The notes beneath the pieces were generated by a model that was not told the DNA's origin, did no database searches, and worked only from the letters and a program-made list of their open reading frames with translations. From a virus (lineage: Duplodnaviria > Heunggongvirae > Uroviricota > Caudoviricetes), in the IMG/VR virus record IMGVR_UViG_3300051215_000059: DNA of 64,000 nucleotides; one strand, given 5' to 3'. Made by a program: the position numbers and the translations under genes. Positions 38,141 to 47,738 of this stretch are shown one piece after another. The stretch's first letter is position 1; each line of letters begins with the position of its first letter.

Positions 38141-39454
38141 ATGAATAAATTTTTTACACCAACATCCATTCGCGTGTCATCACGCTTGAATGATTACCTA
38201 AAAGAAAACTTTGGCTATACTGTTGAAGGCGACATCAAGGAACTGCAAAAGGCAAAAGCAAAACTAGAAGTAATGCAAGAGTCTGGCAAGAACTATGTAG
38301 AAACCACCATGATGCTAGAAGCAATCAAGGCACTACTGCATGTCCGTATGGATGAAGTTTCAGCAGACCTAGCAAAGCGTTATAAGAAACGTGCTAAGAT
38401 GGATATGGAGTTCAACGATGATGACATTGACCGTAATGTCAGAATGCATCGTTATGGAACGGATGACCAATCTGCAAACGCAGCAAGTGAAATCAACCGC
38501 TTGCAAAAGCGTAACACTAAGCGTCACAACGGCATCAAGCGAGCTAATCAGCGTATTGGTGAAGCAGCAAAGCCAGACTTCCTTGACGTTGATAAAGATG
38601 GCAACAAAAAAGAGCCAATGAAAAAAGCACTCGATGACAAGAAAAAGAAAGTTGACGAAGCCGGTATCAAGACTGCATATGGCACTACAAAGACCAATAA
38701 GTATGGCGGTGTTAGTAGCAAGTCAAACAAACCCGCACCACAGCCAGGCACTAAAGAATATGACAAGTGGAAGGCTAATTATGACAAGAAAAAGAAAGTC
38801 AACGAAGTTGATATGGGTCAAGCAAAATCAGTTCAAGACAAAAAAGATGAAGCTGGTTCAAAAAAAGGCAAATACAACGTTGTAAACGGCAATGGCAAAG
38901 TAGTTTCATCACACGATAATCATGGTGATGCGATGAGAGCCGCGAATAAAAAAGACGAATACAAAGTCAAAAAAGTCAACGAATCTGTAACTCTACAGCG
39001 TGTTCTACTTTCACAACTAAACTCACTACTAGAAGGTGATGCAGCATCAGCAGAAATCACAATGGCAGCACGTGGTATTGTTGATGAACTACAGGACATT
39101 ATTGAAAAGCTAGGTAAGATTCAGAACGATCAACTTGGACCACTAGCTGACCAAATGGCATATTCACATGGCGCAGACCAATCAACAACCTTCAAATCAA
39201 GCGTTGACGAGGCAATCAGCGGTCTACTAGATAATGCACGTTCTGCAAAAGACGCAGTAAATAACGCAGTATTGGTTCTATCTGGTGAGCAACCAGCAAC
39301 CGACACTATGGCACCATCAAGCGAAGACATTGGCGGCGACATGGCAGATGATTTTGAAGATGATATTGAAGCAGATATTGACACTGACGTAGTTGGTGGC
39401 GATGAAGCTATGTCTGGCCCAAAGGAAGAACCACTAGGCAGAGCGAGACGCTAA
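38141..39454 (+). CDS. Probable head core/internal protein
   Basis: Late promoter at 38105; repeated KKVNE/KVDE segments; PDFLDVDKDGNKKEPMKKA; acidic tail. Confidence 0.65.
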   Translation: MNKFFTPTSIRVSSRLNDYLKENFGYTVEGDIKELQKAKAKLEVMQESGKNYVETTMMLEAIKALLHVRMDEVSADLAKRYKKRAKMDMEFNDDDIDRNVRMHRYGTDDQSANAASEINRLQKRNTKRHNGIKRANQRIGEAAKPDFLDVDKDGNKKEPMKKALDDKKKKVDEAGIKTAYGTTKTNKYGGVSSKSNKPAPQPGTKEYDKWKANYDKKKKVNEVDMGQAKSVQDKKDEAGSKKGKYNVVNGNGKVVSSHDNHGDAMRAANKKDEYKVKKVNESVTLQRVLLSQLNSLLEGDAASAEITMAARGIVDELQDIIEKLGKIQNDQLGPLADQMAYSHGADQSTTFKSSVDEAISGLLDNARSAKDAVNNAVLVLSGEQPATDTMAPSSEDIGGDMADDFEDDIEADIDTDVVGGDEAMSGPKEEPLGRARR

Positions 39455-39455
39455 T

Positions 39456-39779
39456 ATGAAAATATCTACACTTTTGAGCGAGGGCGAAAACTACGCAGTT
39501 CAACTTAACAATGACTTGAATATGTATTTGACTCGCTTGAAAGCGAATGGCATATACACCATTGCCACTGATATGTTGTCAAACGAATTAGACCGTTTGG
39601 GACATAGCGTAACCCCAGAGGCTTTGGTGGACATGCTTGCGGATAATAAGTATATTCAAAATGCTACAATAGATAGTATTGATCTGAAAGGTGCTCCGAC
39701 CTCTAACGATCTATCAGCGGATGAGGCCAAGATGAAAGTTCATAATATGGCAATATCAGCATCTAGAAAGGGTATTTAA
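39456..39779 (+). CDS. Late hypothetical protein
   Basis: MKISTLLSE N-terminus. Confidence 0.65.
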   Translation: MKISTLLSEGENYAVQLNNDLNMYLTRLKANGIYTIATDMLSNELDRLGHSVTPEALVDMLADNKYIQNATIDSIDLKGAPTSNDLSADEAKMKVHNMAISASRKGI

Positions 39780-39780
39780 T

Positions 39781-40029
39781 ATGAAAATATACGAGAGCGC
39801 GGTAAAGTTAAAAAAGATGATTCAAAGTATTATAGCTGGTGCAATCAAAACCACCCCGATTGTTGTCACCGCAAATCAGGTCAAAGAAGAAATTAAGGCT
39901 GAACTACCAGCTTTTGAAAAAATGACAAAAGCTGCGATTGAAGAATGGGCATTGTCAAAGCTGGGCGTCAGTGTTGACATGCGCAAAACTAAAGCCAAAA
40001 TGATCGAAGAGTTGAAAAAACACTTGTGA
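39781..40029 (+). CDS. Late hypothetical protein
   Basis: Operon context. Confidence 0.6.
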   Translation: MKIYESAVKLKKMIQSIIAGAIKTTPIVVTANQVKEEIKAELPAFEKMTKAAIEEWALSKLGVSVDMRKTKAKMIEELKKHL

Positions 40030-40058
40030 TTGTTGAAAGAGTGTAGTATACTGACCGT

Positions 40059-40748
40059 ATGCTAAATGAAAAATTCACATATCAAAAACTATCGCGTATA
40101 GAAAAAAATGGGTTTCGTCGGTATGTCCTTGAAGGGTCTGCCGACGAACCTGTTCCAAGCGTCACCACTATTCTTGACGCATTGAAAGATAAAACTTTCC
40201 TTAAAGAGTGGCGGGCATCTGTTGGTGAAGAAGCAGCCGCACAAATCACTAAAGAATCTGCCAATATTGGAACTATTGTTCACAAGCATATTGAACAGCA
40301 TATTCTTTCTGAATCTCGTCCCGAAGGTTCAAACCTAATCTACTTAAAAGCAAAAGCCCTTTCAGACATTGTAATTGAAAAGGGATTGTCAAACGTAAAC
40401 GAAGTATGGGGGACGGAAGTTCCTCTATACTATCCGCAACTATATGCAGGGACTACAGACTGCGTTGGACTGTGGAAAGGCAAAGAATCTATTATTGACT
40501 TCAAGACAAGTCGCAAGGCAAAGAAGAAAGAATGGATTACTGACTACTTCCTTCAGGGTGCAGCCTACGCAGCCGCTCACAATTTTGTTTACGGTAGTAA
40601 TATTAAAAACATTGTGATTATGATGATTGGTTGGGACGAAGGTAACTACGGAAACTACCAAGAGTTTGTTATTGAGGGCGACGAGTTTGAACACTATTCA
40701 GAGCAATGGGCTTTGAAAGTTCAAGCATACTATGATAAATACATATAA
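40059..40748 (+). CDS. PD-(D/E)xK exonuclease (RecB/Cas4-like)
   Basis: PSVTTIL, GTIVH, YAGTTDC, IIDFKTS, Q..AY. Confidence 0.85.
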   Translation: MLNEKFTYQKLSRIEKNGFRRYVLEGSADEPVPSVTTILDALKDKTFLKEWRASVGEEAAAQITKESANIGTIVHKHIEQHILSESRPEGSNLIYLKAKALSDIVIEKGLSNVNEVWGTEVPLYYPQLYAGTTDCVGLWKGKESIIDFKTSRKAKKKEWITDYFLQGAAYAAAHNFVYGSNIKNIVIMMIGWDEGNYGNYQEFVIEGDEFEHYSEQWALKVQAYYDKYI

Positions 40749-40760
40749 CTTAGGAGTTAT

Positions 40761-41543
40761 ATGATGGCTGATTATGATATAATAATTATACGCCGTGGTC
40801 TTCGTTCAGAAATCACAGGTGACACTCTACAAACTGCGGAACAAGGTTTTACTACCGACACCAACCAATTGTTCATCGGAACTGATGATGCGTTGAATGA
40901 AATTGTTTTTGATCCATTCGCAAACGCACATGCTACCATTCAATCTTGGTTGAGTAGTTCAGAATGTCCACAACCAGGATTGGTTATTGATGAAGATTTA
41001 GTTATACGCAACGTAGACGATGTGAACGCACTACTATCTGCGATGCAAGTATCTGCATCATTCAATGTTGGTCTTTATGCTCGTGCAAGACGCAACGTAG
41101 AAATCATCACTGAAAACAGTTTCAACCAACTGTTTGCGGATCAGCACCTATCAAGTTTGGACCAATCAACTGGCCTTCGTTCCAGTTTGTATTCAAAGGT
41201 TCTTACTGGAGAAAGTGGCGTGTTCCTGTCATATGATATGAATGTATGCACTTCATTTTTTATCGATTATTCATTGAAGCAAACCAATGGAACTATCACA
41301 TATGTAAGAGTTGGAACTATACGTGTCATCAATGGTATTCCACAAGGAATAACACAAGGAAAACTAACAGACGAAAATACTGAAATTTGGCAAGATGATG
41401 GAGATTCTTTCCCTCAAGTTGAAGAATTTTCAAACATATCGTTTGATGTTCAATACACCGATGCTTATATGCAAGTTGCATATACTCAATTGCCAGATTT
41501 CATAACAAGCATAACATATACAGTGAAGAGATGGTCAATGTAA
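40761..41543 (+). CDS. Virion (tail/baseplate) protein with Mtd N-terminal-like motif
   Basis: IIIRRG...EQGFTTDTNQLFIG; late promoter at 40734. Confidence 0.6.
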   Translation: MMADYDIIIIRRGLRSEITGDTLQTAEQGFTTDTNQLFIGTDDALNEIVFDPFANAHATIQSWLSSSECPQPGLVIDEDLVIRNVDDVNALLSAMQVSASFNVGLYARARRNVEIITENSFNQLFADQHLSSLDQSTGLRSSLYSKVLTGESGVFLSYDMNVCTSFFIDYSLKQTNGTITYVRVGTIRVINGIPQGITQGKLTDENTEIWQDDGDSFPQVEEFSNISFDVQYTDAYMQVAYTQLPDFITSITYTVKRWSM

Positions 41544-41990
41544 ATGACAGACAAAGCAGACATGCTATTTAAATGGCGTGAAGTAAGACTAGAACTACAA
41601 AAGAATTTCAATAAAGAAAATTTGCAAAAGGTTTTGAATTGGTGGGAATCCACAAAATATCACATTAATGGTTTCAACTTTGACGATATGTCAACGTGGA
41701 CCGATGTGTGGCAATATATTAACGATGGTTATTACACAAAGAGCGGCAACGGATTAGGTATATTTTTCACCATATTTTATGCCGACGAAGACAAAGATGT
41801 GGAATTGTGGCTAGTCCATGATTTATACCATTCAAACATTTATTTGGTTGCATACGTAGATGGATACATACTAAATAGAGCAAGTGGCGAAGTAGAACTA
41901 TACGAAGACGTAAAAAACGATTTGAGTATACTAGAAGTGCATAATAAATATGATATTATTAATGCAATTAAACATAACAATCAGGGATGA
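41544..41990 (+). CDS. Hypothetical protein
   Basis: Operon context. Confidence 0.6.
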   Translation: MTDKADMLFKWREVRLELQKNFNKENLQKVLNWWESTKYHINGFNFDDMSTWTDVWQYINDGYYTKSGNGLGIFFTIFYADEDKDVELWLVHDLYHSNIYLVAYVDGYILNRASGEVELYEDVKNDLSILEVHNKYDIINAIKHNNQG

Positions 41991-42304
41991 AAATGCTTAC
42001 AGAAAAAACACATAAACCAAACGATACCGTAACGGTTTCTCTTATCAATGGACAAGAACTAATTGGGCGGTATATCAAAGAGGATATGTATAACGTCACT
42101 ATCAAAAAGCCATTGACACTTGCAATTGGTCCACAGGGTGCAGCGTTTCAACCTTTCACTATGACTGGTAACAGCGATGGTGAAGTCAGTATCCGACTAG
42201 GTGCTATTGTGTCAATCTTGTCTGCTCGTAGTGAGATTTCAACCGCATACGGTGCGGCGACATCTGGTCTAGTTGTCCCAGAAACATCAGGACTTATAAT
42301 CTAA
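41987..42304 (+). CDS. Conserved hypothetical protein (Sm-like beta fold possible)
   Basis: TVSLINGQELIGR...IKKPL. Confidence 0.6.
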   Translation: MKMLTEKTHKPNDTVTVSLINGQELIGRYIKEDMYNVTIKKPLTLAIGPQGAAFQPFTMTGNSDGEVSIRLGAIVSILSARSEISTAYGAATSGLVVPETSGLII

Positions 42305-42597
42305 TGGCAAAACAGATCGCAAGAACCACTGACCCCATATCTCCGCACTCTCCCTGTGGCCCAGGCCAGTGTGGTGTTGGGTCGTCAAAGGTTCTTGTTG
42401 AGAACAAAATGGTGTATTGTGTGGGGCATAGCACATTTCCACATGGTGTCCCGCCATTTTGCATACCTCACGTTACCGTTCTAACGAATGGCTCATCAAA
42501 GGTATTCGTTGAGGGGAAACAGGTCGGAAGAGTCGGTGACGCACATGCTTGTGGAGTTATTATTACATCTGGATCGTCAAAGGTAATGTTGGGGTAA
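42304..42597 (+). CDS. PAAR spike-tip protein (gp5.4-like)
   Basis: Three repeats (ARTTD, GSSKVLVE, GRVGD) with His/Cys metal ligands. Confidence 0.85.
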   Translation: MAKQIARTTDPISPHSPCGPGQCGVGSSKVLVENKMVYCVGHSTFPHGVPPFCIPHVTVLTNGSSKVFVEGKQVGRVGDAHACGVIITSGSSKVMLG

Positions 42598-42599
42598 AA

Positions 42600-44321
42600 A
42601 TGAGCGAATCAGAATATGAACGTTTATATCAAGAGTTTGTAAGAAAAGGCGGCGGGACGTATACCTTTGATGGCATTTCCCAAACCCCTGCGGAATATTA
42701 TGATATTACTTCACTCAGTGAACTCAGTGCCGAAGAACGTGCAAGATTAGATGCCGCACAAGAGCAATACAATCGTCAAGCCGCACTGAATGCTATCAAC
42801 GATGAACTTTTGAATGGTGGGTTCACAAACCCATTGACCAATATAGTTCAATCTGGACGAAATTCATTCAATACGATGGAAACTGACGAAGGTGTTTTGC
42901 TTCTTGACGCACTTAATTCTGCAATAAACGCCAGCCTTTATCGCCAAGATATACTTGACTATTTTATAGCATCTGGCATTGGCCTTGGTTTTCTATCAAC
43001 TTCTGGATTGCCAAGTCAAGCATATCCCATGTATGACCAAGTTCAAACGCATACGGATTCTCAAGTATCGAATTTAGTTCAAACTATACAAGATGTAAAT
43101 AGTCTTGTGAGTATGTCAAAACAATTCGGAGAACAAGATAATTCTTGTAACCAATTCAATGCACTTATGGGATTACTGTCTGGCTCGTTTGATGGGATAT
43201 TCAGCTTCTTAGAAGGAGTAACGAAACCTATAATGGATTTCATTCGCCCGTTTATGGGTCCAATAAGCAGTATTATAGGCATAATTCAGGGTGGTGCGGC
43301 TGGAATAATAAATGCAATATCTGGTGTGTTGAGTCCAATTATGAGTGTATTCACAAGTGCTATGAACTCTGTTTCCGAATTAGTATCAAAGGCAACTGGA
43401 TTTATAAGTTCCATCACAAGTCAGATTGCAAGTGAAGTATCTGGACTTCTCAACATGGTGTCCAGCTTGGTTCAAATGGCGCAAGCACTTGCAATCGCAG
43501 CAGCGTCATTTGACGTATGCCAACTGGCAGTGTTGTTGAGAACAGGAAGTCCTACATTAACCTCTGCGTTGCAACAATATTCGACACCACTTCCAAGCAT
43601 ACCGTCTGCCATATCCACTTCTATTGACCCACGTGCCAATCCACTGAGTGTTCAGAACGCGGTAACAGCAGCAAGACAGTCAACTCTTACTGCTCCTGGT
43701 GTTCCGCAATCTCCAATGATACCATCTGCGATGCTATATCAGCCAATGAGTGCATATCTAACTTCTCCATTGAGTAAATTGATAGCTCCTATAAGTGAAG
43801 CATTTTCTGCGATACAGACTGTTACTGGTCAGATAAGCATGGTTAAAAACGCGCTTACAAACTTTCAATCTTTTGGTTCGGCTAGTGGCATATCAACTGT
43901 TGATTATGTGCAGCCAACTTCCACAGTAAAAATGGTCAAAAGCAAAGCATTTTCTACATACTCAGCAACTTACATGAACCAAATTCTGAGAAGAAAAACA
44001 GATTTGAAAACTCTTAGAAATGAAATAACCCAAGGTATAAGTAGAAATGATGTTGGCTATTCAACCTCGGTAAAAGGACAAGCCAAGTCAATCATTGAAT
44101 CCCTTGCATTGGCAGAGCGTTCAATAACTACTACAATGGATGGACATACCGCCGTTCTTGTCTATTCCACGCCTGATGGCAAAAGAAACGAAGATATTGA
44201 AACTTTTGCCAAAAATGAATATGACACGGTTATATCTCCGTCAGTGACTGGAATACTTACAAACACAAAACGTGTATACGATACATCGCTTACTTGGTGG
44301 AACTCGGTAAAAATTGGATAA
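42600..44321 (+). CDS. Virion tail/baseplate-associated protein
   Basis: Follows PAAR; S/T/A-rich amphipathic helical segments. Confidence 0.6.
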   Translation: MSESEYERLYQEFVRKGGGTYTFDGISQTPAEYYDITSLSELSAEERARLDAAQEQYNRQAALNAINDELLNGGFTNPLTNIVQSGRNSFNTMETDEGVLLLDALNSAINASLYRQDILDYFIASGIGLGFLSTSGLPSQAYPMYDQVQTHTDSQVSNLVQTIQDVNSLVSMSKQFGEQDNSCNQFNALMGLLSGSFDGIFSFLEGVTKPIMDFIRPFMGPISSIIGIIQGGAAGIINAISGVLSPIMSVFTSAMNSVSELVSKATGFISSITSQIASEVSGLLNMVSSLVQMAQALAIAAASFDVCQLAVLLRTGSPTLTSALQQYSTPLPSIPSAISTSIDPRANPLSVQNAVTAARQSTLTAPGVPQSPMIPSAMLYQPMSAYLTSPLSKLIAPISEAFSAIQTVTGQISMVKNALTNFQSFGSASGISTVDYVQPTSTVKMVKSKAFSTYSATYMNQILRRKTDLKTLRNEITQGISRNDVGYSTSVKGQAKSIIESLALAERSITTTMDGHTAVLVYSTPDGKRNEDIETFAKNEYDTVISPSVTGILTNTKRVYDTSLTWWNSVKIG

Positions 44322-44346
44322 ATATGAGAAATAAGGAGCAATATAA

Positions 44347-45069
44347 ATGCGTATTGATGAAGTATTAAATCGTCGTCTTGAAGAGGGGGTTGACGATCCT
44401 CATATTTTCAAAGCACTATTTTTGGCTGGTGGCCCCGGTTCTGGAAAAAGTTATGTCTCTGGTAAAATGACAGGACAAAAGCACGTCAGAACTGGATTGA
44501 AGGTTGTAAACTCGGATGACATGTATGAGTATCTAATGGGCAAGGAAGGCATGGAAATGTCTCCTGACAATATCTTTAGTCCAAAAGGACAGGAGTTACG
44601 CCAACGTGCAAAAGAACTCACCAAGAGCCGCGAACAAATTTATACTGATGGGCGTCTTGGGCTAATCATTGATGGAACTGGTAAGGACGTAGACAAAGTT
44701 CGTGTCCAAAAAGAAAAGTTGGAAGAACTTGGGTATGACACGATGATGCTATTCATCAACACAAGTGAAGATATTGCTATTGCACGTGATGCGTCTCGTG
44801 AACGTTCGGTTGGTGCGAAAGAAGTTTCAAAAATGTGGAAATCGGTTCAAGATAATATTATGAAATTCCAACAGCTATTTGGTGCAAAAGACTTTCACGT
44901 TGTTGACAACTCTGGTGGCCTAGAAGATACTGACCGTGCTGATGAGTTTGCAAAAGTTGAATTAAATATTGACAAATTCCTAGCCACGCCACCACGAAAG
45001 CCACAGGCCAAGAAATGGATTCGTGCAGCAAAAGAAATCAAATCAAACGACCAGACACTTGACATTTGA
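44347..45069 (+). CDS. P-loop kinase (zeta-toxin/AAA_33-like)
   Basis: FLAGGPGSGKS, VVNSDD, LIIDGTG; late promoter at 44317. Confidence 0.8.
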   Translation: MRIDEVLNRRLEEGVDDPHIFKALFLAGGPGSGKSYVSGKMTGQKHVRTGLKVVNSDDMYEYLMGKEGMEMSPDNIFSPKGQELRQRAKELTKSREQIYTDGRLGLIIDGTGKDVDKVRVQKEKLEELGYDTMMLFINTSEDIAIARDASRERSVGAKEVSKMWKSVQDNIMKFQQLFGAKDFHVVDNSGGLEDTDRADEFAKVELNIDKFLATPPRKPQAKKWIRAAKEIKSNDQTLDI

Positions 45070-45096
45070 TTGTCAGTATGGTATAAAGGCTATTAA

Positions 45097-45933
45097 ATGA
45101 GTGATATAATAAAGCAACTACAACAGTTTAGAAAGCCGCTTGATTTGGAAAAACTCAAGCAAACGCATGTCCACTATTTCACACCTTGTTATGGTGGAAT
45201 GTTGACCGAAGGATTTTTTCGTTCTTGGAGCAAAGGAAATATTCTTTTCACAAAATACGGAATACCATATTCGGTAACGACAAGCGCAAATGAATCACTG
45301 ATACCACGTGCTCGCTGTCACATGGTTGCATACTTTCTTGCAAACCCAAAAGCAACGCACATGATGTTTATTGATGCCGACATCACATTTGACCCTGTTG
45401 ATATTCTGAATATGATACAACACGACAAAGATGTAATCGTTGGCGCATATCCAAAGAAAGAAGTTGATTGGAACAGCGTGAAGTCTGCGATTGAAAGCGG
45501 CATTGCTGGCAACCAACTCCGTGATACAGGTGCATCATATGCAATCAATTATGAATGGAAGTATGAAGACCAAGAAGATGGCACACAGAAACGAACACTT
45601 CAAATTGAGAATGGTTTGGTCAAGTTGAAAGATGGCGCTACTGGGTTTATGCTAATCAAACGCAGCGTATTTGAAAAGATGATCGAAGCGTATCCAGAAC
45701 TATACTTCAAAAATGACCTAAACCTTCCAGAAGATGTTGCCAAATGGACATATCTGTTTTTTGACTGTATGCATGACCCAGAATCAAAACGTTATTTGTC
45801 AGAAGATTATGCGTTCTGTCGCCGCTGGCAAAATCTAGGTGGCGAGGTGTGGCTTGACCCATTAGTGAAACTAGACCACATGGGAAGTTTCAACTTCAAC
45901 GGAAACGTAAGCAAAATGTTTCGTAGAATATAA
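45097..45933 (+). CDS. GT-A fold glycosyltransferase-like protein
   Basis: TPCYGG, DxD motif FIDADI, ATGFMLIKR, LSEDYAFC. Confidence 0.75.
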   Translation: MSDIIKQLQQFRKPLDLEKLKQTHVHYFTPCYGGMLTEGFFRSWSKGNILFTKYGIPYSVTTSANESLIPRARCHMVAYFLANPKATHMMFIDADITFDPVDILNMIQHDKDVIVGAYPKKEVDWNSVKSAIESGIAGNQLRDTGASYAINYEWKYEDQEDGTQKRTLQIENGLVKLKDGATGFMLIKRSVFEKMIEAYPELYFKNDLNLPEDVAKWTYLFFDCMHDPESKRYLSEDYAFCRRWQNLGGEVWLDPLVKLDHMGSFNFNGNVSKMFRRI

Positions 45934-45963
45934 AAAAAGCGGGGTTTATTTCCCCGCTTTTTT
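45933..45963. terminator. Bidirectional terminator
   Basis: A7-GCGGGG stem CCCCGC-T run between convergent genes. Confidence 0.8.
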
Positions 45964-46020
45964 CTTCTTTACTGGACGTGGCAGTTCTTCGTCTTCGCCA
46001 TAGTATGGAATATGTGACAT
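45946..46020 (-). CDS. Microprotein, 24 aa (MSHIPYYGEDEELPRPVKKKKAGK)
   Basis: AAGGAGG RBS; TAATG coupling. Confidence 0.6.
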   Translation of the reverse strand: MSHIPYYGEDEELPRPVKKKKAGK

Positions 46021-46082
46021 TACTTTCCTCCTTTTTTCTTTTCAGGCTGGCCGCGAAAGTATGTATGGTCTGGGTCTATCAT
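46020..46082 (-). CDS. Microprotein, 20 aa (MIDPDHTYFRGQPEKKKGGK)
   Basis: AAGGA RBS; TAATG coupling at both ends. Confidence 0.55.
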   Translation of the reverse strand: MIDPDHTYFRGQPEKKKGGK

Positions 46083-46252
46083 TATATCCATCCTTTCAAA
46101 TTTTGTTTTGCTCTAAGTTGCCATGGTGCTTCCCCACGTGCAATCAGGCGTTGACGGCGTTCTAAATCTGATAGGCTTAGACTGTCTGCCAGATATTCTT
46201 CAATAATGGTTTTCTCATCCTTGCGGACAAAAAGAGTTCTGATAAAATTCAT
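46082..46252 (-). CDS. DUF3563-like microprotein (56 aa)
   Basis: EEYLADSLSLSDLERRQRLIARG. Confidence 0.65.
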   Translation of the reverse strand: MNFIRTLFVRKDEKTIIEEYLADSLSLSDLERRQRLIARGEAPWQLRAKQNLKGWI

Positions 46253-46416
46253 CATTTGTTTGTTGCTCCATATGTTGCTTCATGTGCGATACCATGAATA
46301 TCACCTCTAGTGAATCCTAGGTCGTATAGTTCTCTGTCTGACATGCTTGACAGTTCGTTGAATGTCTGGCGATAAATCGCTCTTCTATTCCACCAAGTAA
46401 TGAACGCAGAAATCAT
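46252..46416 (-). CDS. DUF1127 small protein (54 aa)
   Basis: YRQTFNELSSMSDRELYDLGFTRGDI...A.EA.YG is the DUF1127 signature. Confidence 0.85.
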   Translation of the reverse strand: MISAFITWWNRRAIYRQTFNELSSMSDRELYDLGFTRGDIHGIAHEATYGATNK

Positions 46417-46586
46417 ATCTTCACTCCAACTGTTGGAAGTCTTCCGTTAGAGTTCAGAAGATATTCGTATGCCCACTGCCAGTCATTGCCATATTCAATT
46501 TTTGCCAAGGTCATCAAATCTGAACGATGCGACTTGGATTTGTTTGAGAACATTTTTACAAATGGTGCAAAAAATAGGTTAGTCAT
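46413..46586 (-). CDS. Microprotein (57 aa), first gene of the small-protein operon
   Basis: GGAG RBS; ATGA coupling to the DUF1127 gene. Confidence 0.7.
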   Translation of the reverse strand: MTNLFFAPFVKMFSNKSKSHRSDLMTLAKIEYGNDWQWAYEYLLNSNGRLPTVGVKI

Positions 46587-46757
46587 TTTAGTCTCCGTAT
46601 ATGTGTGATGTGTAAATAAAATGCCGCAATGCAGCATTAGTATTTATATGAATATATCAGTAAAATTGACCTATTTCAACCCACATTTTGGAAGACTCGG
46701 TTTGCGCTAACCGCATAGCTAGGGGCAGATAAATAAATTTGAACAAATGAGGTATCT

Positions 46758-47681
46758 ATGAAATTCAATGGGAACGTATTGGTTACTGGCGGCGCAGGGT
46801 TCGTCGGCAAGCACGTGGTAAGGAAGTTACAGTTAGAAGGATATAACGTAACTGTAATAGACCTGAAACCGCAACCAGATGACTTACAATTTGTTACATA
46901 CATTCAGGGTGACATTGTAGATATATCATCTTGTTTGACTGCTTGTGAAGATCAAGATTATGTTATACATATTGCCGCCAAGGCAAGAATACCAGAAAGT
47001 TTCACAAATCCAAGTGCATACTTTTTGAATAACGTAGTTGGCACACAGAACTTACTGGCGGCGGCGGCAGCTAAAAAAGTAAAAAAGGTGATATACGCAA
47101 GCAGTTCGAGTGTATACGGAAACCATCCAACACCAAACAAGCCATACCATAAACCAAATCCTCTGAACTATTATGCTATGACTAAGTTGTTCGGTGAACA
47201 TTTGTGTAAGCAGTTTCGTAATCTTTATGGGTTGGAATATACCATACTGAGACTGTTTACTGTATATGGTGATGGCCAACCGAATGATGATTCAAACGGT
47301 CTTATGATTTCAAAGTTTGCTCGGATGGCAGTAGAAGGAACCCCACTCACAGTTCATGGGGATGGTTCGGCAAGACGGGATTTCATCCATGTGTATGATG
47401 TTGCCAATGCGTTTTATGTTGCGATGAAAAGCAAGGTGAAAAACGAAGTGTTCAACGTAGGAACAGGAGAAAACATTTCTGTCAACGAAGTGGTTGACAT
47501 ATTGAAATCTTATGTAACTGACCTAAATATAAATCAGGTGTCCAATCCAAAAGGATATGCTACCACAACATTGGCTGACATATCAAAGATACGAAAGCTG
47601 ACGGGGTGGAAGCCAACTATCATGCCCGCCGATGGGATTTCTCTATTTTATTATGACTTGTTTAGTCAGAAAATACATTGA
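46758..47681 (+). CDS. NAD-dependent epimerase/dehydratase (extended SDR)
   Basis: GGAGFVG, ASSSSVYG, YAMTK, RDFIHV; late promoter at 46728. Confidence 0.92.
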   Translation: MKFNGNVLVTGGAGFVGKHVVRKLQLEGYNVTVIDLKPQPDDLQFVTYIQGDIVDISSCLTACEDQDYVIHIAAKARIPESFTNPSAYFLNNVVGTQNLLAAAAAKKVKKVIYASSSSVYGNHPTPNKPYHKPNPLNYYAMTKLFGEHLCKQFRNLYGLEYTILRLFTVYGDGQPNDDSNGLMISKFARMAVEGTPLTVHGDGSARRDFIHVYDVANAFYVAMKSKVKNEVFNVGTGENISVNEVVDILKSYVTDLNINQVSNPKGYATTTLADISKIRKLTGWKPTIMPADGISLFYYDLFSQKIH

Positions 47682-47738
47682 CTTTAGGCAATATGTATGA
47701 TATAAATATAGCATGTATTCTATTCAGAAAGATGAGTA

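Noticed and set aside
40059-40748. Cas4 implying a CRISPR system
   Set aside because: No Fe-S cysteine cluster and no cas1/cas2 or array. It is a common solo phage exonuclease.
44347-45069. Zeta toxin-antitoxin system
   Set aside because: Generic P-loop kinase with no adjacent antitoxin; late virion-block context.
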